A DNA stretch of 52,415 nucleotides from a virus. Lineage: Duplodnaviria > Caudoviricetes. The position numbers were made by a program, and so were the translations under genes. The notes beneath the pieces are model-generated. The model searched no databases. It was not told the origin of the DNA and saw only the letters and a list, made by a program, of their open reading frames with translations. Position 1 is the first letter of the stretch. Every line of letters starts with the position of its first letter. The stretch is taken from positions 1 through 52,415 of IMG/VR virus record IMGVR_UViG_3300018917_000004. The stretch is one strand, 5' to 3'. This document shows, in pieces, positions 1 to 9,417 of this stretch.

Positions 1-34
1 GTTAGCCGATAGCAACGCATCAGTTGAGATATCG
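1..34. repeat. 34-bp terminal direct repeat (circular overlap with 52335-52368)
   Basis: GTTAGCCGATAGCAACGCATCAGTTGAGATATCG is identical at both ends; joining them restores the helicase frame. Confidence 0.9.
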
Positions 35-1056
35 TTAGTCACGAAGAACATGGTGGTTGACGCTTTCACCTCTACTGCCGGTTGCCCTTTTTCCTCAACG
101 ACTAGTTTGTCATTACTAGCCAGTGTCAGAAAGCGCACCGCGTTACCACCTTTACTACCTCCCATAATGCTCTGAAGTGCCATCTTGTCCATATCAGACA
201 GGTATGACATATTACTCGACGCCACGGCCCCCCAACCAAACTTGGTGTTAAGGTCAGGGTTAATACTTCTCACCGCGTAGCCTAGCATTGACATCGCGTT
301 ATCTACCATGGCCAGTAAGAACGACTTACCGTTACGCCGGTCACCGAATAGCACAGCAAAATGTCGTGACTCAGGAGACCACCGGGGGCACTCGACGACA
401 CCACCCCATCTTGACGCCAACGCGGCCCTACCTAGCACCAGCATGAACGCTTCACGCTCAGCACTATCATGAAATGTGGGCAACAGGTCATCAACGGTGA
501 GCTTCCTAACGGCCTCAGGGAAAGTATGAGCCTCAGGTACAAAGCGATAATTACCGCTCTGCGATTTAACAGTAGTCTTGGTGTTATCTTCGATACCTGT
601 TGCCCTAGATAGCATGATGCTGCTAATGCGTGACTTACCGTTAGTCTTAGCCTCACCATTACTCAACTCGCCATACAGTGCGTATACTTTACTACAATAG
701 CTCTTGTTAGCTTTATTGGCTTGTAGTAAGGCCTCAGCGGCCTCTTGGCACTCAGTCATAAAGTACTTACCTGTAGGCGTCCCTGGGTCAATACGGCCCC
801 AATACCAGAACGTAGGGTCAAATTTCAACCCTAGTATATCTGGTTGCACCTTGTAGAACACTTCAAAGTTACCCCAAGCGCCACCGGGCCTTGGTACAAC
901 CTTATACTTCTGACCGCACGCCGCTATGAATATTTGGTCGAGTATGTCACTTTCAGACACCAATGTTAACATTGGCTCATCTTCGGTCAACTCATGCAAA
1001 TCAGGGGCCTCACGTTGCCCTCTATCATCAAATGCCTCTGTTTTATGACGGCCCAT
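1..1056 (-). CDS. SF3 (D5-like) DNA helicase, N-terminal part; continues across the circular junction into 52334..51462
   Basis: Not in the ORF track. Manual translation from ATG 1056 (MGRHKTEAF...) is open to base 1, with Walker A FGDRRNGKS and motif C FFVTND. An extended -10 TGcTATACT lies at ~1103-1111. Confidence 0.8.
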   Translation of the reverse strand, partial: MGRHKTEAFDDRGQREAPDLHELTEDEPMLTLVSESDILDQIFIAACGQKYKVVPRPGGAWGNFEVFYKVQPDILGLKFDPTFWYWGRIDPGTPTGKYFMTECQEAAEALLQANKANKSYCSKVYALYGELSNGEAKTNGKSRISSIMLSRATGIEDNTKTTVKSQSGNYRFVPEAHTFPEAVRKLTVDDLLPTFHDSAEREAFMLVLGRAALASRWGGVVECPRWSPESRHFAVLFGDRRNGKSFLLAMVDNAMSMLGYAVRSINPDLNTKFGWGAVASSNMSYLSDMDKMALQSIMGGSKGGNAVRFLTLASNDKLVVEEKGQPAVEVKASTTMFFVTNDISTDALLSAN

Positions 1057-1145
1057 AAGTTTCACCTTGAGCCTCTCGGCTCCTAATAGCTTTAGTTTCT
1101 CTAGTATAGCACAGTACGTCTCTGATGCATCCCACTCTCACCAAT

Positions 1146-1177
1146 TGTGACAGTTATAAAGTGTCACACTGTTTACA
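1146..1177. promoter_or_regulatory. Palindromic operator-like site TGTGMCA-GTTATWWAG-TGKCACA, copy 1 of 3, upstream of helicase
   Basis: Related copies at 37497-37528 and 51416-51447. Confidence 0.6.
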
Positions 1178-1184
1178 ACGTGGC

Positions 1185-1220
1185 AATAAATAACCCCTGT
1201 GACATTGTTATCACAAGGGT
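1185..1220 (-). terminator. Intrinsic terminator hairpin containing TGTTATCACA
   Basis: CCC...GGG stem with a U-tract on the minus strand; identical copy at 48315-48350. Confidence 0.65.
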
Positions 1221-1263
1221 ATAGGTAAACTTATGGTTAATTAGGTGAAATGCACCGAAGGTG

Positions 1264-2052
1264 CTAGTAGCCCATAAGCATATCGGCAGTAACGTTGATA
1301 TCGGGGGCATTGGCAGGCAGTACGGCTACCGAGACACCTTGCTTTTTATTCTTGCAAGTGTAGTGACCGAGGCACTTCAAATACATGCCGCTGAACTCTT
1401 CAGGCTCTAGGCCAAGGTCGCTAATAGCTTTGTTAGCTAGTACGTTACCGTGCCCTTTGACGACTAGGCATAACTTTTCATCACCCATGATGTCCTCAAT
1501 GAAAGCGCTAACAATCGGTAGTTTCTCATTGAGTGGCAGGTCAACTAGTTTAACCTTACCAAATGACATTTTGAAGTAATCGTGTAGTTCAGGAGACTTA
1601 GCTACCAACAGTTGATTTAATTTGCCGGTAGGGTCTCCTTTGTAATCTTTAAGCTTCACTGGTAGCGACACGGTATCGCCATACTGCTCACCGATATCCA
1701 AGGTGACTCGCTTGTCATTCATAACAAAGCGCATCTCTGAGGTAATATTGAGAATTGGTTGATGTTGTTTACCCCAGTTTACACAGGCTTCACCGGCGAA
1801 GTTACTGACATCAGGGCCATACGCTGTAAACTCAGTGACACCTTGGGCATTAGGCTTGAACGATAGGTCATAGGTGTAGCCTGTTTCGTTAAAGTTGATA
1901 CCCATGAGGTCAGCAGCGTTTACCAGCATTTCACGTAAGTCATCGGTAATCAGCGGTGATTCATTATCTAGCTTCAGGTTACGCTTTACTGTAACGGTAG
2001 CTGCCAGGGTAGCCAGTGAATCCTTAAGGCCCATTGTAACTAGTGAACGCAT
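1264..2052 (-). CDS. Hypothetical replication-module protein (possibly ssDNA-binding)
   Basis: 262-aa ORF between exonuclease and helicase with its own promoter; function inferred from position only. Confidence 0.45.
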   Translation of the reverse strand: MRSLVTMGLKDSLATLAATVTVKRNLKLDNESPLITDDLREMLVNAADLMGINFNETGYTYDLSFKPNAQGVTEFTAYGPDVSNFAGEACVNWGKQHQPILNITSEMRFVMNDKRVTLDIGEQYGDTVSLPVKLKDYKGDPTGKLNQLLVAKSPELHDYFKMSFGKVKLVDLPLNEKLPIVSAFIEDIMGDEKLCLVVKGHGNVLANKAISDLGLEPEEFSGMYLKCLGHYTCKNKKQGVSVAVLPANAPDINVTADMLMGY

Positions 2053-2150
2053 GTCTTTAATTTCCTTTGAATTAACTCGTGTAACTCTGTTCCTTTCACT
2101 TCTTTAATATAACACTGCTTGCACCCTGTTAACCACAATGTTACAAAACT

Positions 2151-3203
2151 TTACACAATGAATTCGTGGGCCTTGAATTCCTTAATGAACGGTAGCGCAC
2201 CAATTGACTTAAGGAAACTTTCAGCAGCACGGCCCTCAGGCAGCTCGATAACGCCTTTAGTACCTTGACAAATAGCGTCAAGTGTGCTAGTAACAGTGAC
2301 GTGATTGTCAGGATTGAACTCAGGGAAAGGTGTGTACAGGTCAATAACGCCTCTAATTAGCTCACCGCACCCTGCTGGTAATTTATCGCTAACGTCGCCA
2401 TACTTCACCTTATGTTCAAAAATAGCCCTGCCATCATCACAGGTATGACCTAAACGCCGGTGTGACCATTCTTGCACCGCTATTGTATTATCGCGTAACC
2501 GGGGCTTATAGCCAAACATGCAAAACCAAGCGCGTAAGTTATTATCAGTTAACCCTAGCCAATCGGTATCAGTCGTAACCATGAGTATTTGAGCCGGGTT
2601 ACCCATGCGCTCATTGGCACGCACTAAGGCCCCTGCGAGGTCGTCAGCTTCGTAGCCCGGTATATCAAGCGTTACTACATCAGTCGCTAGGTGCCCCGTA
2701 TAGTCCTTAATGATATTGAAATTATTAGTGGCATGACTACGACCTGCTTTATAATGTACGACCTTAGCCTTCCGGGCCCTCTTAGCACCTAGTTGACGAC
2801 AGCGGTCAATTTCAGCAGCGATGTCCTTACGTAACAGGTACTCATGACGCCAGTAGCCTAGCAGTTGCCCACTATGCTTTTCCCAACCTCCCTCAGGCTC
2901 TTGGTGCGTGTCAGGGTTAATAGGCCACAGTATCTTATGGTCACATAGCATTACTATGGTGGCATTGGTAGGCTTAATTACCCCTAACCAATCAAGGCTC
3001 ACTAGCCAATCCCAATTAACCTTGGTGAACTGTTTAATTAGTTGAATTTCATACTTACGGTAACCGGCGTCCAGATGGCCATTAGGAAACCTAGCGTCAA
3101 GAATAGACTGAATAGGACTGTTGGACAAGGCCTCTTCAATCATATGCATGGCAACACTTTTATCAATGGCCACCACAGTACGCTTATTCGGGTCAAAAGT
3201 CAT
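2151..3203 (-). CDS. 5'-3' exonuclease / flap endonuclease (PolI N-terminal, T5 FEN-like)
   Basis: Motifs YKAGR, PGYEADDLAG, VTTDTDWLGL, YGDVSDKLP. Confidence 0.85.
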   Translation of the reverse strand: MTFDPNKRTVVAIDKSVAMHMIEEALSNSPIQSILDARFPNGHLDAGYRKYEIQLIKQFTKVNWDWLVSLDWLGVIKPTNATIVMLCDHKILWPINPDTHQEPEGGWEKHSGQLLGYWRHEYLLRKDIAAEIDRCRQLGAKRARKAKVVHYKAGRSHATNNFNIIKDYTGHLATDVVTLDIPGYEADDLAGALVRANERMGNPAQILMVTTDTDWLGLTDNNLRAWFCMFGYKPRLRDNTIAVQEWSHRRLGHTCDDGRAIFEHKVKYGDVSDKLPAGCGELIRGVIDLYTPFPEFNPDNHVTVTSTLDAICQGTKGVIELPEGRAAESFLKSIGALPFIKEFKAHEFIV

Positions 3204-3331
3204 AACAGTTATCTCAATTACATCTATTCAATAGTATAGCACAATGCTTCGCATTACTGCCACTAATATAACCGATATGATATTGTGATAACAATGTAAA
3301 TTTAGGTAATTAGAGCCGTGAGGCTCACAAG

Positions 3332-3610
3332 CTACCTTATGATACGTTTGCCTGTCAGTTCTTCCCATGCGTCGCAGAAACCATAGTTAACCAGGTTGAT
3401 TAAAGGGTCAGTGCCGACCTCGGTTAGATAGGTGTCAGGTGAAGTGGTAAGCGATTTAATAGCTGACTCCATAGCCTCTAATGGCTCTAAGTGCTTTGGT
3501 GCGCCGTATTTCTTATAGAAGTCATAGGCGAGATAGAAACCGTCATTATAAGCGGCAGCTTCAATACTACCTTTTTTATCTAACAGTACTGCTTTATACT
3601 CTGAAGCCAT
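3332..3610 (-). CDS. Hypothetical protein
   Basis: 92-aa ORF with GGAG RBS. Confidence 0.65.
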   Translation of the reverse strand: MASEYKAVLLDKKGSIEAAAYNDGFYLAYDFYKKYGAPKHLEPLEAMESAIKSLTTSPDTYLTEVGTDPLINLVNYGFCDAWEELTGKRIIR

Positions 3611-3731
3611 GTGTACTCCGTACCCTTATGATTTAATGAATGTGACAATGTGATAACAAGTTAACTGAAGTTCATAGTGGCGCGATAGCGACACGTGCTA
3701 TAATATAGATAGTTAACCTTGAGGTAACTTT

Positions 3732-3935
3732 ATGCACTGGTATTTCCGGCCGTATCGTGGGAAAGAGTTAGACTATCACCACCTAGAGCAAATCATCTTT
3801 TCAGTGACCGTGGGCACCTTTGAACTCTACTTGACGCCGCGTTGTGTCGGTATAGAATGGGGGCCTATCGATTTTGACGATGATGACGAGGTGAACGATG
3901 TGTATGACTTCCCTGTGTGGACTGAGGATAGCTAG
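3732..3935 (+). CDS. Hypothetical protein
   Basis: 67 aa; TGcTATAAT at ~3696-3704, GAGG RBS, followed by a terminator. Confidence 0.65.
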   Translation: MHWYFRPYRGKELDYHHLEQIIFSVTVGTFELYLTPRCVGIEWGPIDFDDDDEVNDVYDFPVWTEDS

Positions 3936-3965
3936 CGCTATCGATAACCTAATTTAACCTAAAGC

Positions 3966-3999
3966 ACCCTGTGTCCTTGTGATAACAGGGTTATTTATT
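3966..3999 (+). terminator. Terminator hairpin containing TGTGATAACA
   Basis: ACCCTGT...ACAGGGT followed by TATTTATT; reverse complement of the 27483/39480/48114 hairpins. Confidence 0.65.
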
Positions 4000-4017
4000 G
4001 TAATGGTAAGCGCTAGC

Positions 4018-4662
4018 TTACCCTAGTGTACCCGTGCCGTCATATTTAAACACAGGCTCACCTAGGGTACTGTAACCCAGTAGGAAACCTTGATACACTA
4101 CTTTACCTGATACTACCGCCGCACTGTAATTCCTGATTGACCTCTGGGCCTCTAGCCACTTAGGGGAGAACCGGGCAACACTCAGAGGCACGCGGACGTA
4201 ATAGCGTAGCTTAGGTGTCCCAAATTTACCCGGTAGCGTAAAGGGTAACCTGAGGTCGGCATCTTGCCATAGTTGATATGGTATGGCCTGTATGTCTAAG
4301 ACGCGCCTAAGGGCCGCTAGGGTGCCTATGTGGTTGAATAGCCAGTAGGACGCCGCTATCATGCCCCGTTTAACATCAGGGTGCCACTGGGTATCCCAAT
4401 ACTCATCAGCTAACCCTACTAACCACGCTAGGAAATCTAGGCTACTATCGGCCGCAGTTTCAACTTGTAGTTCTTTGTAGTACTGTTGCAACAAGGTGCT
4501 AGTGGCGGTTAAGTTTTCATCAGCCCAAATGGTTAGCCAATCGGTAACCTCATTATTCTGATAGCCTTCCGCTGGTAACCGGGCATAAACAGGCCTACCA
4601 ATGGCCCATGCTTCCTTAGCCCCTGTTACCCCTTGGTCAATTAGCATAACCTTATTTACCAC
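4018..4662 (-). CDS. Baseplate wedge protein (P2 gpI-like)
   Basis: LDFLAWLVGL..WDTQW..KRGMI..IGTLAALRRVL pattern. Confidence 0.7.
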   Translation of the reverse strand: MVNKVMLIDQGVTGAKEAWAIGRPVYARLPAEGYQNNEVTDWLTIWADENLTATSTLLQQYYKELQVETAADSSLDFLAWLVGLADEYWDTQWHPDVKRGMIAASYWLFNHIGTLAALRRVLDIQAIPYQLWQDADLRLPFTLPGKFGTPKLRYYVRVPLSVARFSPKWLEAQRSIRNYSAAVVSGKVVYQGFLLGYSTLGEPVFKYDGTGTLG

Positions 4663-4752
4663 TTTGTTTACTATATAGCTATATAGTTAATAATTTGCCT
4701 TACGGTGCCTAAGAAAACTAAATGCACTTTAAGGTACACTCTGCTACCTTCG

Positions 4753-4845
4753 CACACACAGTGGTACCACTTTTTATGATTGAACTACAACCCGCACTGG
4801 CACTAGGTCTTACCGTTTACTACGTATGGTACCATATGGTACCAC
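4753..4845. repeat. GTGGTACCAC palindrome cluster A
   Basis: CACACACAGTGGTACCACTTTT shared with 19335-19356; tandem ATGGTACCA at 4826 and 4836. Confidence 0.75.
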
Positions 4846-4951
4846 GTATCAAAGTATACCCGGTATACGTAAGGGTAAATGAGGGCATTAAGAGACCGCG
4901 ATAACACCTGTACTACTTCATAACTATCAAGTAATATAAGGTATAAAAGTG

Positions 4952-4980
4952 AACCCCTGTATCATTGTGATAACAGGGGT
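4952..4980. terminator. Terminator-like hairpin containing TGTGATAACA
   Basis: ACCCCTGT...ACAGGGGT just downstream of the 16-aa ORF. Confidence 0.55.
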
Positions 4981-4996
4981 CATTGTGGGTTAGAGG

Positions 4997-5047
4997 TTAA
5001 TCACGGCCACTGCCGCGACTGTCGTCTTCAGGGTCAATGAATATCAT
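4997..5047 (-). CDS. 16-aa PatS/PatX-like peptide MIFIDPEDDSRGSGRD
   Basis: Manual translation, ATG 5047 to TAA 4997, ending RGSGR-D. Starts 11 nt after the upstream stop and is followed by a hairpin. Confidence 0.55.
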   Translation of the reverse strand: MIFIDPEDDSRGSGRD

Positions 5048-5058
5048 TGTGATAACAA

Positions 5059-5232
5059 CTAACTAAAGTGTGAATAGTACTTGACGTAACAACTGTCACA
5101 ATCACCGTTACCAGGGCAATCTAGACCTAAAGGGCAACTAGAACATACTAGCGTCCTGACAACACCCAACTGACTAACGGTACCCTTAGGGGCCGCGTGT
5201 CGTACTGTTTTCATTGAGGACTTGCGAGACAT
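5059..5232 (-). CDS. 57-aa Cys-rich small protein
   Basis: MSRKSSMKTVRHAAPKGTVSQLGVVRTLVCSSCPLGLDCPGNGDCDSCYVKYYSHFS; minus-strand TATAAT at ~5260-5265. Confidence 0.55.
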   Translation of the reverse strand: MSRKSSMKTVRHAAPKGTVSQLGVVRTLVCSSCPLGLDCPGNGDCDSCYVKYYSHFS

Positions 5233-5270
5233 AATAGTGACCTAAGAAACAATACTTTTATTATATACTA

Positions 5271-5293
5271 AAATACCCCGGTTTCCCAGGGTT
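5271..5293 (-). terminator. Intrinsic terminator
   Basis: Minus strand reads ACCCTGG-GAAA-CCGGGGT-ATTT. Confidence 0.6.
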
Positions 5294-5294
5294 C

Positions 5295-6240
5295 ATTAGG
5301 ATATTTAGTTCACTGCGAGGTTATTTGATGCCCTCTAGCCTTCCCTATTGCTTACTAGGCGTGTCAGTGACTCATCGTTGAGTCTAACAGAGACCGTTGG
5401 CTCATGATAGTCGAATATGGGTTCTCAGTTGCCCTACCTGCTCGGTTGTATAGTTTTCACTATTCGCTAGAAGTGGCGTTATTGACCTACGCTCACATTG
5501 AGCCGTTATTATTCACCCTAGCGCATCGTGGCTTTATGGGCCATTACTTCACCTTTTAGACCGTTAGTATCACCATCGCCCTACGTTGCACTACGGGCCT
5601 AAGTTCAAGATATTACTTCGAGTACTTAGAGCCGTTAGGCTCATTGGGGTCATAGCGTTGGCCGGTACTTCTTAAGAGCCGCGTGTTTCCTACGTTCTAT
5701 GATGCATCGCTGCATTGCACGGCTTGCCAAGGACATTTAAGTTATGCAAGTATTCTTATCTGGCATGGTAACCAAATATCAAACCGATTGCTACCAGTAC
5801 CTTAGAGGCCGTGACCACTCTGAGGTATTGATTGCTTCGGTGTGCCTTGTGCCCTTATTGGCATCAGTGCGACTGTTTCACTCTTGGGTAACTGTACTCA
5901 CTAAGGAGTCACGGTCACATGGTAGGTATAATTACTTACGAGTTAGTTAGGTCTCATCAGTGCGCCGGTTGGCTTACGTGTCAACACAACAGAGCCGGTT
6001 ATCACTGAATCTACTGAAAGCCTTAGGGTAATTAAGGCGGTTGGTGTTACTTCGTGTCTATAAGGGGTTATCGGTGAGCCTATTAGCGACCTATGCGAAC
6101 AGCTATCCTATCGTCAAAGCGTGGACTCTAGCAACTCGGTCAAGCTCGTGATGTTCCCTAGGCGACTCTAGGTAACGAGTGGTACTTGGTGCGACTGTGG
6201 CCTTCTGAGCTTCGAGTCTTGGTTAACCTTGTTTCCTCTC
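5295..6240 (+). ncRNA. Putative large structured RNA (~950 nt)
   Basis: No credible ORF; dense stems whose wobble pairs are G-U on the + strand. Strand assignment is tentative. Confidence 0.5.
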
Positions 6241-6248
6241 ATGTCACT

Positions 6249-6277
6249 AATATAACGCTATTCGCCCTAGTGTGCAA
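6249..6277 (-). promoter_or_regulatory. Sigma70-type promoter
   Basis: TTGCAC-17-TATATT pointing into the non-coding region. Confidence 0.65.
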
Positions 6278-6464
6278 CCTTTTAACCATCATTGTTAATT
6301 ATGTGTACGCAGGTTAGCTATAAAGCACTTTAATATAATTGTGATAACAAAGCTGCGCTTTAAGACCTAATTTAATTCATGTGATAATGTGATAACAAAA
6401 GTTAACTATATATAAATGAGGATAAAAGAGCCGTAAGGCTCATTGATAGAAACAGAGGTAAGCG

Positions 6465-7853
6465 ATGACCGTTATACAGTGCAAATTATATAGCAGTGGC
6501 AATGTGCCCTTAGTTGGCTATGTCGCCGTGACGCTTTCGGGCCGTGTGGTCAATACAGATACTAACAGCATCTTGGTGCCTCGTACCGATAAGTACCCCT
6601 TGGTAGCCGGTGCCGTCAATATCACCTTAGAGCCAACTGAAGATGACAGAACTACTTATAAATTCGAGATATACCATACGGAACAGGTGACCCCTGAGGC
6701 GACTGAGGACAACCCTACGCCATCGCCTATTACCGTTGAAAGCTTGGTTGACGCATTCTACGCAATGGTGCCTGATTACCTTACGCCTATCAAGTTAACT
6801 CAGCTAGCAAGGCAGACAGGTATCACTAGGGACTCAATGGATACTAGTTTAGTCACCGTGATTAAAAGGTTGATTGCTGACCCTGAGTTCTGGCAGGCCG
6901 CTAATACTAACCTGTTTCGCGTTAAAGGTGTGTATAATACAGCGTTCAGTTATATAAACGGGGACGTGGTTAACTTTGATGGCTCAGCGTGGATATGTGT
7001 GACACCTAACGCCATAACGGGCCAGAGTCCCCTACAATACCCAGGTGGTTGGCGGTTACTAGTAAGTAAAGGGGATACAGGGGCAGGGGTGACCGGCAAT
7101 ACAACTGCGTATGACAAGGATATTTGGGTAGATAATGTGGCACCGGGCCGCGTGGCCGTGAAGAATATTATTGAACAATTAGCCCGGAAGACTGACGTGG
7201 CACTGTTAGCCCCGATAGCCTCAGCTAACCTGGTGACGCCTAATCGCACAACTGACCCTTTGCTAACTGATAGGTCATCACAGATACCTACTACCAACTG
7301 GACACAAGCGCTGCTAGATGTCATGAGGAAGGCCTTGATACCAGTGGGGATGATAGGTGAATTCTTTAGTACAGCGGTGCCTACAGGATGGCTACAGTGT
7401 GATGGTAGGGTACTGGTTAGAGCAAGTTACCCGGCGCTATTCGCAGTACTCAGTACATCAGCTAATACTGGTGGCGAGTTAGCCACAGAGTTTAGGTTGC
7501 CTGATATGCGAGGTAGGGTATTGGTGGGCCTAGATGACATGACAACAGCACGAGGGGCCGCTAGTCGCATTGTACCGACTAATACCCTGGGGGCCTCTGG
7601 GGGCACACAGAAGCATCAATTAACTACCGCTGAGTTACCTAGCCACTCGCATAACCTATTCGGCTCAACTTACTATAACGGTGATTATTATGCCAGTGGC
7701 TCAGTGATAGCCGGTTACAACGCTAACAGAGGCCTTGTCAATAATAACCCTGGTGATACCTCAGCAGCTACAGTAACAACTGGTAGTAACACGGCTCATA
7801 ACATCATGCAACCATACATCAGTATTGTGTTTGCCATTTACACCGGTTTGTAA
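6465..7853 (+). CDS. Tail fibre protein with tail-collar domain
   Basis: Collar motif IPVGMIG..PTGWLQCDG..YPALFAVL..FRLPDMRGR, C-terminal AHNIMQPY, and a YxxGDVV..G..WIC module. Confidence 0.85.
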   Translation: MTVIQCKLYSSGNVPLVGYVAVTLSGRVVNTDTNSILVPRTDKYPLVAGAVNITLEPTEDDRTTYKFEIYHTEQVTPEATEDNPTPSPITVESLVDAFYAMVPDYLTPIKLTQLARQTGITRDSMDTSLVTVIKRLIADPEFWQAANTNLFRVKGVYNTAFSYINGDVVNFDGSAWICVTPNAITGQSPLQYPGGWRLLVSKGDTGAGVTGNTTAYDKDIWVDNVAPGRVAVKNIIEQLARKTDVALLAPIASANLVTPNRTTDPLLTDRSSQIPTTNWTQALLDVMRKALIPVGMIGEFFSTAVPTGWLQCDGRVLVRASYPALFAVLSTSANTGGELATEFRLPDMRGRVLVGLDDMTTARGAASRIVPTNTLGASGGTQKHQLTTAELPSHSHNLFGSTYYNGDYYASGSVIAGYNANRGLVNNNPGDTSAATVTTGSNTAHNIMQPYISIVFAIYTGL

Positions 7854-7917
7854 TTTGTTATCACATTATCACACGAGTTAACTAAGTATAAATAGTAGCA
7901 TTTAAGGATGAAATAGC

Positions 7918-9384
7918 GTGCCAGAGTATCCTAATATACCATTCAGCGACGGCCAGGAGTACACAGCAGAACTGGCTTACAAGGCCTTCTACTGCCCAGT
8001 GTTTGACGGTGCCACCAATTTATTAGGGCATCGTGAGGCAATTAGAGACGATGAGTTAAGCAATACGGGCATTAAGGCTGATGTTATCACATTGCGTGAT
8101 GGTTTCAAGTGTACTGCCGGTGCTGGCCTTGTAATCAACTATTCTTCTGGTATCATGAGAGATAGTAGTGATAATGTTATCACAAAGGCAGCGGGGCAAG
8201 TGTTAGCACCGGATAACGCTACATCTTACGTTTACATTGATGGCACTGATAACACAATTAAATGTAGTGTAACACGAAGTGTACTAAGGGCCACCTTAGC
8301 CAAAGTAGTGACGCTGGCAGGCAATATAACGTCAATAGCTGACCAGAGACACCCTGCCACGGTGAACGTTAGGCCACCAGCGTTTATCATTAAATCTTTC
8401 GGAGGTCAGAGTACAACAATTAAAATATGTACCCAAGGGGAGACACTGAAAGGCGTTATTGAATGTGGGTACTTTGAGATACCTGCGGGTGTAACGGTGA
8501 CTGTTGACCGTTTTGCCAAGGTGATATGCTCAGGGGCCGCGAATATATACGGTACAGCTAACGTCACACCACAGACACAAGGGCACCCTCGGACGAGCTT
8601 TGGTCTATTTACCTCAGGGGGATACTTAGGCTACCAACCGGGTGAGGGCCTGGGGAAGAACGGTGTACCTTATCACTACACTCAACAGCCCTATGGCTCA
8701 TCAGGCGGTATAGGGTACGTTAGTAATCGACCGGGTAACACGGTGACATCTTGGTGCTATCAGGAAACCGCAGGGCACGGCGGCGGCGCGTTTAGTATTG
8801 AAGCTGCCGGTGCCATCAGGATGTATGCCAGTGCGGTCATTACGGCTAAAGGTACCAACGGGGCTAAGGCAGGTAGTACTGATGCAGGCGTAACGCTACA
8901 ATGTATCGCTAGCGGTAGCGGTGGGGGCAGTGGAGGCCTAGTGTCATTCGTGTCGGCTACTAGTGTTGTTGTTGAAGTAGGGGCCACGGTGGACGTTAGA
9001 GGTGGCAATGGTGGTGATGGCTATATTCATACACCGGGGTACGGTGCGCCACTAGTAGCAGCACCGGGTACACCTGGGGGTGGTGGGTACTTTGTGACAA
9101 TAGCGCCAACCGTTAACACCACAGGCTTTACTTTTCTTAACGCTGGCGGCACTCATGGCCTCTGGGGCAGTCATTTAAATGGCGTGACCATAGTAAACTC
9201 AACTACCATTAGCTTCCTAGATACCACCTACGGCCTAGTGGGAGGCGGTTTAGGCGGTGCGTTTGGTGGTGCGGCGGGTGGCTTTAGTACCTATTTCAAC
9301 GGTACGCCACAGGTCGATTATGTAATTATGTTACCCGGTGGTGCCGGGGTGCATCATATTTCAAATAGCCTACCAACGGCTTAG
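7918..9384 (+). CDS. Glycine-rich tail fibre / receptor-binding protein
   Basis: Gly-rich repeats (GGGSGG, GGNGG); adjacent to the collar fibre. Confidence 0.7.
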   Translation: MPEYPNIPFSDGQEYTAELAYKAFYCPVFDGATNLLGHREAIRDDELSNTGIKADVITLRDGFKCTAGAGLVINYSSGIMRDSSDNVITKAAGQVLAPDNATSYVYIDGTDNTIKCSVTRSVLRATLAKVVTLAGNITSIADQRHPATVNVRPPAFIIKSFGGQSTTIKICTQGETLKGVIECGYFEIPAGVTVTVDRFAKVICSGAANIYGTANVTPQTQGHPRTSFGLFTSGGYLGYQPGEGLGKNGVPYHYTQQPYGSSGGIGYVSNRPGNTVTSWCYQETAGHGGGAFSIEAAGAIRMYASAVITAKGTNGAKAGSTDAGVTLQCIASGSGGGSGGLVSFVSATSVVVEVGATVDVRGGNGGDGYIHTPGYGAPLVAAPGTPGGGGYFVTIAPTVNTTGFTFLNAGGTHGLWGSHLNGVTIVNSTTISFLDTTYGLVGGGLGGAFGGAAGGFSTYFNGTPQVDYVIMLPGGAGVHHISNSLPTA

Positions 9385-9417
9385 TTATCACAGTTAACCT
9401 AATACTACATAAAGAAC

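Noticed and set aside
1198-1215. TGTGA...TCACA as a CRP, NtcA or DnaA box
   Set aside because: Spacing is N8 rather than the CRP N6, it is not GTA-N8-TAC, and TTATCACA is one base short of a DnaA box.
5744-5950. 68-aa + strand ORF in the structured region (also 4722..4904)
   Set aside because: No RBS or protein-like features; both overlap stems or palindromic repeats and are probably chance ORFs.
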